NCBI GenBank assembly: GCA_002269645.1
Contig: NIVC01002272.1
Coordinates: 1 to 64,000, forward strand
Length of the DNA: 64,000 nucleotides
Source of the DNA: Macrostomum lignano
Taxonomy: Eukaryota
Reading direction: 5' to 3'
Shown here: piece after piece, positions 37,801-49,800 of the stretch
Numbering within the stretch: position 1 is the stretch's first letter
Layout: every line of letters begins with the position of its first letter
Notes under the pieces: generated by a model
The model's database searches: none
The model's input: only the letters and a program-made list of their open reading frames with translations
Told to the model about the DNA's origin: nothing
Made by a program: the position numbers and the translations under genes

Positions 37801-40800
37801 GCTCCATCAATCTCCAGAATAGCTATTGGGTTGCGCGACGGGCCAGGCTCATTGTACTCCGTCTGGCGGTGCTCCATTTGAAACCATGCACCTTCGAAAT
37901 CTTCGACTCTGAGTGCAATGCTTCCGTGGGACTGCGAGAAACCTGGATCTTTCTCTTCTCAGAGATGCGCTTGGTGTATCGATTGACGGATTCATCGCGG
38001 CGATGACCTACAAAAAATCGGTCTCTTAGAGTGATGCTATAATCTATAACTTAGCACACTTCAAAAACAACTGAACACTGACCTGTTACAGCCTTGATTT
38101 CATCCATAGAGTGTCAAATCCGGAGTCTAGATATCTCCAGTCGCAATTCTTGAAAAATTGATCATTTTTCTCTAGCTCAGCAGGTTGAAAAAACGAATTC
38201 AAATTCAGAATGAAAAGAATTCTGATATCCACTATATCATATATCCACTATATCCACAATAACCACTATATCACTTAACAGTCAGACTCTGGTTGATTTT
38301 ATCTATGGTTAAAATGTGGGGGCGAAGTCCCCACCCCAGTTTTTGCACTCAGCCACGCTGCGGGCAGAAACAACGGCTGCGGGCAGAAACAACGATTCGG
38401 CCCGGGATTATAGTCTATGATAAAGATGGTATATCGAAAAACTGCATATACTTTGCTTAGCCCTGCATCTAGGAGCGGGCCGAAATGAAGTGATGCGGCC
38501 CGCGAAGTATATGATACAATAGAAATATGCAGCCCTCGTATTTGTGCCGTTTCGGCCCTAGGAAGCATAGACATATCTATATATTTAGAAATTTACTTTT
38601 AGTTATTTGTTATTTGTCAACTTTTTAAATATCATTGATGTTTAGACTAGACCATAGACCTTTTTTCAAGTCGAAAAATGTTCAAACGTTCTGGCCATAG
38701 ACTATTGCAGCTTTCCGGTGTCAGATGCATTATAACACGTTTTGAAGCATAGAATAAGTGTTTAATTAGGCTTAAGTCTCTTAAAAGTATTTAATTGTAC
38801 TTGAAAGTTTGTAGAAAACTTTTCTGGAGTTGAAATAATTTAACAAACGAAACTTGACAATTGCCCAATGTTCAAGTTGCAATTTCCAAGTCAAGTCAAG
38901 TCGATACAATAATGCAATCACATCAAATCAATACATACCATTCTGAGAAATCAAGTATGCTTGCTTAAAATAAAATTGAATGATTCGTGTAATACGGTGT
39001 TACTGTAAAATGTCCACAATTTCGGAAACAGCTGGTCATTGAAATTGCAATTTATATGCACCTAGCATTTTCTTAGGCTTTTTTTACTTGGAACAAAATT
39101 TTGAACATAAGAGCGGACTGACTACTGTGTTAAGAAAGTACAACAAAAGGCGATAAAAAATTTACAATTTTAGTACTAAATTTTTAGTTGTAGTAATTAA
39201 GTACTATTATAATTAAAATATTTAAAGTTAAATATATTATATTACATCGTTCGCCGAAGTGGATTATCCGAAATGGTCTTTCGCCGAAGTGGCCTTCGCC
39301 GAAGTGGGCTTTCGCCGAAATGGACTGAAACTAAATTTAGACTAAGACACTAAATTTAGAGATTTTTTCACTTGTCGTCTTGTGGGTAGCAGGACAGTTC
39401 GGTAACAGACAATTCGGTAACAGACGATTCGGTAACATTATGGACAATTCAGTAACAAAGCATCGACTAAACTAGGGCCCTAAAGTTTAAGTTATAGCTA
39501 TTATACTATTCATTAGACATAGAGCCTAGGCGTAGATCCTAGGCCTATCGATATTTCTTTAGTAAAAAGGTAGGTTTTTGTTATTCAGTAAAGCCAGAAA
39601 AGCCAGAGTAGGTAATTATTATAACTACAATGAAGAATCATTGCATAGGCCTGATGATAACAAAGAGGGGTTAATCCTTTTATTTTTAATTTGCAATGTA
39701 GTATTGTAACCAAATGCTTATCATGGTTTTGTTATTTGGTCAATACAATAGTTTTGCTATTCTAAATTTTAGTTCCTAGTTATAGTAGGCCTAGTATAGT
39801 AGGCCTTATAATGATCTAATTTATATTAGGGCCTATTATGGGGTCTACTAAGAATTTTTTTAAATCTCAAGTTTTGATAATATCACTTTATAAATGATAT
39901 AGGGGTCTTCCTCTGTCTTTAATTAAATCTCACAAAATGCCACCAAAGTTGTAATAGGGCTTTACTTCTCTCTACTCTATTAATTTCCTAATGCTAGTAG
40001 CTGCCACCAAGACTAGGCCTTATTTTATTAAGGTGGGGACGAAGAAATGAAAATAAGAATTTTAACTTGGCTTGATGTTAACTGACACCAAATGTGGGGC
40101 AGTGTAATTTTGAATTGCCACTGATGTTGAGTTTGCATAAATTAAATCTAAATAATTGCACTGATAAATCTCATTCTCAATAAAATTTCTCTTGATATTC
40201 TGGCTGCTAGGGTCTTTTTCAATTCCAGGGAGAGGGTAGTTTTGGTCGTAGATAAGCAGTCTTTGTTAGACGCGAGCATTCAGAGTAGGTCCTTAGACCA
40301 AAATTAATGTACCTTAAATGCTTGACTGATTACTTTCAGTAGAGTAGCATTGCCACCACCATAATTTACATATTTATGGAACGTTAAAAGTCTCAGAGCT
40401 TTCTTCAAGTTAAGACTACGTTATTTTACGCTCTATTGGCAAATGACTTAAGATAAACTATGGCTCCTAATCTAGTAAAACACTAAGAAACAACTTAACA
40501 CTTGTTTATTATCAACAAAATTATTATACACAAGAGAATCAACTTAACAAATGAATGATTTGGGGGTGCCACAGTGCAGGGCTCTTAAACTAAATTAATG
40601 TTCAGTTAGCAAGAATTAATAAGAATTAAGTTGATTTTGAGTAGAGGTCAGTTGGGAAGAAAAGGAAATAGGGAAAGGGTTTAAGGGGGGGATAGGCACA
40701 AGGAAGGTGGGGTTAAATACCTGAAACACAGAGCAAAAGGTGGTCAAAGAAGACCAGGAATGGGATAGGGCAAGGACACCAAGGTCCAGAACATGGTGAG

Positions 40801-40920
40801 AGAAAAATTCTGCAGAAAAGCACAGGAAAAACAAAAATAACCAGAAAAAAGCATACAAAAACTAGAAAAAGGGGCTAAAATATATCATTGCTTGTGCCAG
40901 GGGGTGGATAGGTAGGACCA

Positions 40921-41091
40921 CAAACATGCGCAACCTTGGGATTCACCCGGCCGTTTCTATTGGCAACACATACATGTAAGTTGCTATTGGCTAAGAGCAG
41001 TCACGTGACTACTATTCTGTCCAATAGCGATTTACATGTGTGTGTTGCCAATAGAGATGGCTGGGTGAATCCCAAGGTTGCACCCAAGCAT
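40921..41091. other. Fold-back element / long hairpin
   Basis: Arms 40930-40990 and 41021-41081 pair over 61 bp; central palindrome AGTCACGTGACT; flanking direct repeat GTAGGACCA at 40912-40920 and 41092-41100. Confidence 0.8.
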
Positions 41092-41568
41092 GTAGGACCA
41101 TATATTGGAGCACAGTAAATTAGAATGTCCATAGAATGTTATTGAAAAAAGATTCAAATTAACCAATCAAAGTGGTAGTGTCAACTACCACACTATTATA
41201 AATTTATTATCCTAGAACAAGTCTAAGAAAATTTCTTAGAATCAGTCTGTGTATATATCTAACTATTTGTCTGAGAATTTTATCTAAGCATAGGTCTAAG
41301 TTATTTGTATAATAATTATTCTTAGTATAGATCTAAGTATTAATTAAACTCTCATAGGTAATGTTCTGCTGTTATTTTGGTAGCCTTCTTAACTTCTTCT
41401 GTTATCCTGGCCTGAGCAGTATATGGATTATGGTCTACTAGTATATGTACTGCATATATGTTCTTTCCAGTCCTGAGTGTTACCATGATTAGTGGGTCAC
41501 GCCGTCATGGCCCTTATATGTTCTAAGATCTACTTTGTATTTCTTTTCCTTCTATTGTTCTACTTCTC

Positions 41569-41863
41569 CAGTGGCAGTTTAGGGGGGGGGAGGGCAGCTG
41601 CCCTTGGGTGACAACAGGTCATTATCTCAAGGGGAGGGTAACTACCCCACTATCCCCATAGCCCTTAAAGAGACCCTAGGAAAAAAGCAGATGGTCACCC
41701 CTGGCATTTTTATAAAAAATTTAGTGTTGTACATTCATTTTGTAAGAAGTGTGTCATAATTTATTTTTAATTTTTACTTTCTTAGAAGGGGGTGCCCATC
41801 TAAAGAAGGGGTGACCACCTAACTACTGCCCCCCCCCCAACCAGAGATACTGTGCTGCCACTG
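41569..41863. mobile_element. hAT-like MITE (295 bp)
   Basis: TIR CAGTGGCAG...CTGCCACTG flanked by 8-bp TSD TACTTCTC (41561-41568 and 41864-41871). Confidence 0.75.
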
Positions 41864-43790
41864 TACTTCTCAGTAGTATATACTGTATGCACTTCCTTCT
41901 ACTTCACTTCACTTAGAAAATGAATCAACATGGAAAAACACTTCTTAAAATATTTCATCAGAACTCTCAAGAGATTTCTCAACTAACCATTAAGGTTGAA
42001 GGCTGATTCGAAGCTTGAATAAGAAAGCATGCTTCTTCTTACCACAAATTCGTGTCTATTTATACTACAATTTCAGTTCATTTAAAACAAAAAATAAATT
42101 GCAAAAATTTATTTTGAGAAATACAATTATTAAAACAAAATATTTTTTAGAAACATACAGATTTTAAAATGGCAAAGAAAGTTTGTTTTTTGCATACAAG
42201 TAAAGAATAAAACTACCTTCCATATATGCCTTTAGGCTTTATGGCTGGGCCTATGTTTTTTAAGTGCAACAATACTAAACTTTTGGACATCTTAAACTTT
42301 AGGTAGCTAAAATAGTTGCAGTTTTGACAAGATCATAATTTTGTCTCTATAGGGGTTTTTGGCGGTGCTAGCCTAATTTCAAATTTGAGCTTCATGAATC
42401 ATTTTTTGTAGCCTAAAGCCAACTATCAGGGCATGGGGAATAGGGGGTTTTAGGATGGGAAAAATTTTCATGGGGAATAATTTTATATACCTAAACTTCA
42501 ATAGAGGCATTAAGGTCTATTGATAGGTAGATAAATTTGGAGACTGAGAGAAAGAGGCAACTCTTAGGGGATAGGGGGGTGTTAACAACCATAAACAAAA
42601 ATGACAAATTGCTCAACATTTGTTAGAACTTAACCCTTTCATATATGCGCAACCCCCTGATTTACACTAGGCCTCCCCTAGCCATGCAAGTTACTTTTTA
42701 ACCAAAAATGCAACTTACCTGTGAAAGAAACCTTAAAGCAAAAATAATGCAATCTTGGGTAAATGGCAAGAGTAATGACTAACTATCTTATAAAGGCTAA
42801 AGGCCTTATTATCTAATTAAGACATACTATGTCCATATTCTTTAAGGTGGGCATTTTTGTGACTTACCCCTAGTCTATTACAATTAATAATGGCCAAATT
42901 GGCTAGGTTGGCCAGCAGTTGCATATTTATGCTTTCATAATTACCTTACTGAGCATAACAAAATCATTTAGAAAATTTAAATTAACCTATATTTTTATTT
43001 TTTGTCCCCCTATTTTTTTAATAAAAGTATAAAAAATTATCTAATCTTGTTTCAATTTTTAAAAAGAAATTTTGGATTTCTTGGTAAAAAATATGAAGAT
43101 CTTATCTCAAATTTTTCTTGTCAAGATCTTGTGATTTATGAAATCTATGCAAATTAGAATAATTAAACTGAATTTAATCAATTTAAAGTTTTTTTCAATA
43201 AAAAAATATAGAAAACATTTGACATTTTAGGACTTACTATAAGTCCAGGGTATTTTCTAATGAACATATCAATTGATTGTTTATTAGCATCTAGTAAATC
43301 TTATAGAATATAAAGTTTTTTTAAATAAATAGATCAATAGATGCTTCTACCTGGGAGAAGTTAATTGAAATAAGGAATTACCAGTGGCAAAGGCAAAAGT
43401 GGGGCATTTGGCTATAATTGGTTGGTAGGATGGCAGGTTAGGGTAGGTTAGCCTTTATAAACGGGCTATTAGCCTATGCCTGAGAGTATTGAACTGATGG
43501 CACCCTAAAGTATATTATGTCTTAAGAGAGATGATATATTTACTCTTTAGAATGACAATAAATATACATCTTTTTAAATATATTATTAATTAAGAATTAA
43601 AACTTTATGTAGTATATATTTTGCTTTGTTTTGAAAATATACCTCTCACATACCTCTTGCACATATTAGGCTTTCATTTATATACCAAAGATATCTGAGG
43701 TTTATCATAGTCAATTTAATGACTTATGCCCAAATTTATATTATGTATGTCTGCTTTTTGAATGATTTTTTTTCAGCCACTGTGAAGAGC

Positions 43791-44648
43791 ATGTATGGTC
43801 AGGGCCATTCAAATTATCCACATTCATATGGTATGCCAAGCCAAGCACCTAGCTACCCTATGGCTCATCCATCTCAGTCTCAACAGCCACCACCATATGG
43901 CTTATATGCACCGCCTTTGCCAAGTTTTGCTGCTGGCAATATGCCTGACCAGATGCCAATGCCTTTGTGTCAGCCAGGACAGCCACCTTACCAGCCAGGC
44001 CAGCCACCTTACCAGCCAGGCCAGGCACCCTACCAGCCAGGCCAGCCACCTTACCAGCCAGGCCAGCCACCTTACCAGCCAGGCCAGCCACCTTACCAGC
44101 CAGGCCAGCCACCCTACCAGCCAGGCCAACCACCTTACCAGCCAGGCCAGCCACCCTACCAGCCAGGCCAGCCACCTTACCAGCCAGGACAGCCACCTCA
44201 CCAGCCACCCTACCAGCCAGGACAGCCACCTCACCAGTCAGGCCAGCCACCTTACCAGTCGGGCCAACCACCTCACCAGCCAGGCCAACCGCCTTGTCAG
44301 TCAGTGTCACAGCCCTACCAGCCAGGACTGCAATCTTATTCACCGGGTTCCCAGCCTTACCAGCCAGCATCCCAGCCATACCAGCCGGGACAATCGTCGC
44401 AGTCACCATATCAACAAAGCCAGTTCTCAGCCAGTAGTCACGATAAAAGGCTCGCGGATCATGCACAGCCAGCGGCATCGAAAGCCTCGTCTGTTGAACC
44501 TTCCGCGCCGCCGCCGCCTCCTTCGCCGCCGCTGCCAACGCCGCAGTCTGCCGCCCAGCCAGCTTCTACAGGCTCGGGCAACAATACAGGCAAAGAGGCC
44601 GCTTTAGACGCCTTGGCCCAGATGATGCAAGGCGATGTCAATCTTTGA
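43791..44648 (+). CDS. Gln/Pro/Tyr/Gly-rich low-complexity protein with (QPPYQPG)n
   Basis: Acceptor TTTTTTCAG at 43776 and ATG at 43791; GC-rich island in AT-rich DNA; in-frame 21-bp repeat at about 43981-44290; non-repetitive flanks also open (MYGQGHSNYPHSYGM..., ...AALDALAQMMQGDVNL*). May be incomplete. Confidence 0.55.
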   Translation: MYGQGHSNYPHSYGMPSQAPSYPMAHPSQSQQPPPYGLYAPPLPSFAAGNMPDQMPMPLCQPGQPPYQPGQPPYQPGQAPYQPGQPPYQPGQPPYQPGQPPYQPGQPPYQPGQPPYQPGQPPYQPGQPPYQPGQPPHQPPYQPGQPPHQSGQPPYQSGQPPHQPGQPPCQSVSQPYQPGLQSYSPGSQPYQPASQPYQPGQSSQSPYQQSQFSASSHDKRLADHAQPAASKASSVEPSAPPPPPSPPLPTPQSAAQPASTGSGNNTGKEAALDALAQMMQGDVNL

Positions 44649-44689
44649 CAGAAATGGGAAGAGACAGCTCTTCCTGTCAAGAGACACCT

Positions 44690-45420
44690 TGATTTGTAGC
44701 TTAGATCAGCCTACAATTGACCTTGATTTGTAGCTTAGATCATCCTACAGTTGACCTTGATTTTTAGCTTAGATCAGCTTACAGTTGACCTTGATTTGTA
44801 GCTTATATCAACCTACAGTTGACCTTGATTTGTAGCTTAGATCAGCCTACAATTGACCTTGAATTGTAGCTTAGATCAGCCTACAATCAACCTTAATTTG
44901 TAGCTTGGATCAACCTACAGTTGACCTTGATTTGTAGCTTAGATCAGCCTACAATTGACCTTGATTTGTAGCTTAGATAACCCTACAGTTGACCTTGATT
45001 TGTAGCTTAGATCAGCCTACATAATGACCTTGACCTTGATCAAATGACCTTGATTTGTAGCTTAGATCAGCTTACAGTTGACCTTGATTTGTAGCTTATA
45101 TCAACCTACAGTTGACCTTGATTTGTAGCTTATATCAACCTACAGTTGACTTTGATTTGTAGCTTATATCAGCCTACAGTTGACCTTGATTTGTAGCTTA
45201 TATCAACCTACAGTTGACCTTGATTTGTAGCTTAGATCAGCCTACAATTGACCTTGAATTGTAGCTTAGATCAACCTACAATTGACCTTGATTTGTAGCT
45301 TAGATCAACCTACAATTGACCTTGATTTGTAGCTTAGATCAGCCTACAATTGACCTTGAATTGTAGCTTAGATCAGCCTACAATCAACCTTAATTTGTAG
45401 CTGAGATCAGCCCACGATTG
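44690..45420 (+). repeat. 34-bp minisatellite TTGACCTTGATTTGTAGCTTAGATCAGCCTACAG
   Basis: Begins about 40 nt after the stop at 44648. Confidence 0.95.
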
Positions 45421-45944
45421 GCCTTCATAGTTTGCTGATCGCTTTGTTTCTGGAATTTTCTAATTCATCCATATTGATTTCTAATCCATGTTTATTTTTG
45501 CATTCCGTCTTGGCTAACCATTCTAACTGTTTTTTTGAATGAAGCAGAAATCAGAATCCAAAGATAGTTAACTAGCCCACTACTACGATCGTAGATGTGA
45601 AGTAGATATTTAAAAATGTGTGCTCGTAAGATAGTGTATATCTGATGAAGTTAAAGTAAAATAACAAAGTCCATCAGCTTCCCGATTAATAACTTATTAC
45701 AAGAATATTTAATGAAAGTACGAGTCTCGTATATTCTAGATTCTTGCACCAACCAAACTCTGCCGTTAACCTTAAAGTTTTTAACAAAATGTATTTTTAT
45801 TTTCAATATAATTAATGACAGTGGTGCCTTATTGTTTATTTAGAAGATACATTTTGTCTGGCTTATTTTTAATGCATATCAAATCATACTATAACGTAAT
45901 AATTTAGCTACTTAGTGAATAGAGTGAAGTGTGAAAAATTTAAG

Positions 45945-46815
45945 CACCAGAGGTTTTCAGAGATTTAAGCGCCGCAGATGTCAGAGATTTAAGCGCTACA
46001 GGTATCAGAGATTTAAGCGCCGCAGATGTCAGAGATTTAAGCGCTACAGGTATCAGAGATTTAAGCGCCACAGGTGTCAGAGATTTAAGCGCTACAGGTA
46101 TCAGAGATTTAAGCGCCGCAGATGTCAGAGATTTAAGCGCTACAGGTATCAGAGATTTAAGCGCCGCAGATGTCAGATTTAAGCGCTACAGGTATTAGAT
46201 ATTTAAGCGCCACAGGTATCAGAGATTTAAGCGCTACAGGTATTAAATATTTAAGCGCCACAGGTATTAGAGATTTAAGCGCCACAGGTATCAGAGATTT
46301 AAGCGCCGCAGATATCAGATTTAAGCGCTACAGGTATCAGAGATTTAAGCGCCGCAGATGTCAGATTTAAGCGCCACAGGTATCAGAGATTTAAGCGCTA
46401 CAGGTATCAGATTTAAGCGCTACAGGTATTAGATATTTAAGCGCCACAGGTATCAGAGATTTAAGCGCTATACAGGTATCAGATTTAAGCGCCACAGGTA
46501 TCAGAGATTTAAGCGACGCAGATGTCAGATTTAAGCGCTACAGGTATCAGAGATTTAAGCGCTACAGGTATCAGATTTAAGCGCTACAGGTATTAGATAT
46601 TTAAGCGCCACAGGTATCAGAGATTTTAAGCGCTACAGGTATCAGATTTAAGCGCTACAGGTATTAGATATTTAAGCGCCACAGGTATCAGAGATTTAAG
46701 CGCTATACAGGTATCAGAGATTTAAGCGCCACAGGTATCAGAGATTTAAGCGACGCAGATGTCAGATTTAAGCGCTACAGGTATCAGAGATTTAAGCGCC
46801 GCAGGTATCAGAGTG
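45945..46815 (+). repeat. 22/24-bp minisatellite AGAGATTTAAGCGCTACAGGTATC
   Basis: Upstream of the first visible TTC5 exon. Confidence 0.95.
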
Positions 46816-46883
46816 CCACGAAAAAAGTGATAATGGTCGGTGAAATTTGAATAATTATTCATTATACTTGTGACGCATTTCAG

Positions 46884-49800
46884 GCCGAATCGAGCTCCGA
46901 TCGTTTGGCCGCCTTCCAACAGGAAGTGGAGGCTCTGGTGCGATTCAAAGACGAATACTTTGCCCAGCAACAGGAGCAGCAGCAACGGGGCGGTCGTTCA
47001 GCGGCAGTTGAGGCTCGGGTTGAGCAGATCGCCTCCCGATACGCCGATGTCGGCGCCTCAATCAGCGGCCCGGACAGTCGCTGCGCCCACGCCCTGTCTA
47101 TGGGCAAACTCTACCACTGCTTGGAGGAATTCGACCAGCGAGCCTTGGACAATTTGACTACGGCCGCGAAACTGAAGCCGGACCAGCCGGAGGCCTGGCG
47201 CTTGCTCGGCGAAACCTACTGGAAACGGCGGGACTATCAGTCCGCTTATAACTGCTTCAACAGCGCATTGCAGCACGGCAGGGATAGCGCTGTGCTGCGC
47301 AATCTGTCCATGGTGCTGCGAGCTCTGCCGTTTGCCAGTGCGGCAGATCGGCTGGCTAAGGTTGAGGAGAGTCTGGCCAAGGCTAAGGAGGCCCTGCAGA
47401 TGGATATTAAGGTGAGGCGCGAGATTCTGTAACTCCTGTCTGGGCTGTGTGCACCCTGTCACATTGTCACCACAACCGGCGAGAGGCACACATAGCGTGG
47501 GGATCAAGGACTACTTAGGACGGGAAAATACGTTTCTCGGAAAACTTTAAGAGGCAGGCTTTTCAGAAAGGCAAGACATCGAAAGATGAACTCTGGGTCT
47601 GCCACCTTTAAAAAGCAATAACCATTTTTTGTGCTGAAAATGAAAGCCTTCTATCTTCGTTATCCTTGGCAGTCGTACGCACAGGCTCACATTTACACAG
47701 GAGTGTACAGGGGCCCTGACTTTATTTATCGTTAGGCATGTACACTTCACTTGTGCTTTGGGGGTTGGACCTCGAGGGCGCTAATTATTTAGCCCCAAAT
47801 GAATGCCACTGCACTTGGAATCGAGCCTGGGCCGCTGGCTCATCATTGGCTATACGGCTCCCCTTGTAGGTAAAAAAAGGTAAATCTGTAGGTTGGTAAG
47901 AATAAGAACCGGATAACAGGTGAATTATATAACAGCCCTCTGTCTCACTCACTCGAAACAATTTCCCTGAAATGAGTTACCTCTGAAACAGCAAGGGGTT
48001 TGTCTACGTATCGTGCCTTTGATAGTAGTATATTCTGCATCTATAGATTTGATTAAATTCTCATTTAATAAATCTACTTGCAATGCCGCAGGACGGGCGC
48101 AGCTGGGCGGTGCTTGGCAACGCCTACCTGAGCTGCTACTTCACCAAGGACCAGTCCAGCACCTCCATGCGCTTGGCCATGTCCGCCTACAGCAACGCTA
48201 TGAAGGACCCGGTGGCCAGCAGCGACCCGGATCTGCACTACAACTCTGCCATGGCGCACGTCTACCTGGATCAGTACGAGCAGGCGCTCAGCGGATTTCG
48301 GATGGCCCACAGGCTTGACCCTAGTTGGCCGCAGGCTCAGGTAATCTCGGATGCGGCAGTGTTGAGATGCTGGGAATAAAAAACATTTCGGAAATAATTG
48401 GAAGTGGAAGTAATTGATTGCACCTGCCCTACTCGGCCAGATGTGCAACCGGCAGCTCAGCCGCAGCTATTGCGCGGCGCATCCAAGGACGGGGGGGGTC
48501 GTCACACACACCCTCAATTACCCGGCACAGCTAATGCTGGCACCCATTTTACAACTGGGTGAACTGAAGCAATGCCGTGTTTAAGTGTCGGCAGTGGGTC
48601 GGGATTCGAACCCCTGACCTTTCAGTCTTAATTCGGCACTGTAACCACAAGGCTACACCCCTAATTAATTAGTCTTTAATTCAAAGATTATGGAATAAGA
48701 AAAGAATGCCTTTGATGAGGCTATAGGATTCTGAAGATCTCAGAAGATCTGTAAGTCGGTATGATGCTGTGTAGTGATGAGGCTGGTGCTATTTGATAAA
48801 AACTGGCTCTTATCCTGCAGGAGAAAGTCACCCAGCTGCCTCGCATGCTGAGTAGCATCCAGGACATCATCGACAGTCGCGGCCGTTTGAAGCCTCGCGT
48901 CTATAAATCCATGATGGAAGGCTTCGCCCAGCGCCGGGTCAAGGATCTCGGCCCCTACGCTGGTGGCGGCTACTCTGACAGCCGAGGCGAGAGCGTCGCC
49001 CTCGCCGAGGTTCGTCTGAGCCAGCTAAAAGTGGGAGCCAACCCTGAGACTGTGCTGCTGCTGCGAGTGATCGGGCTGCCCCGAGCTGATGACCAGGTAG
49101 GTACTTCCGGCGGCTGCTTTTACTCGGTTTCTTTCGCACTTCCGGTTTTTACTTTAAGTAGCAAATTTATAATTTAGGTTGGTGTTAGAAGTAACAATGT
49201 TACACTTCCGGGTTGTATATTTCAGTAGCTAATTGATACTTCCGGGTTGTATATTTCAGTAGCTAATTGATACTTCCGGGTTGTATATTTCAGTAGCTAA
49301 TTGATACTTCCGGGTTGTATATTTAAGTAGTTATTTAATACTTCCGGTTGGTATATTTTAGTAGTTAATTAATACTTCCGGTTGGTATATTTCAGTAGTT
49401 AATTAATACTTCCGGTTGGTATATTTCAGTAGTTAATTAATACTTCCGGTTGGTATATTTTAGTAGTTAATTAATACTTCCGGTTGGTATATTTCAGTAG
49501 CTAATTAATACTTCCGGTTGGTATATTTAAGTAGTTAATTAATACTTCCGGTTGGTATATTTTAGTAGTTAATTAATACTTCCGGTTGGTATATTTCAGT
49601 AGTTAATTAATACTTCCGGTTGGTATATTTTAGTAGTTAATTAATACTTCCGGTTGGTATATTTTAGTAGTTAATTAATACTTCCGGGTTGTATATTTAA
49701 GTAGTTATTTAATACTTCCGGTTGGTATATTTCAGTAGTTAATTAATACTTCCGGTTGGTATATTTTAGTAGTTAATTAATACTTCCGGTTGGTATATTT

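Noticed and set aside
44640-46884. Fusion of the Q/P-rich exon to TTC5
   Set aside because: No strong phase-0 donor before the stop at 44648; a closer ATGAAA/gtacga micro-exon at 45712 is a simpler explanation.
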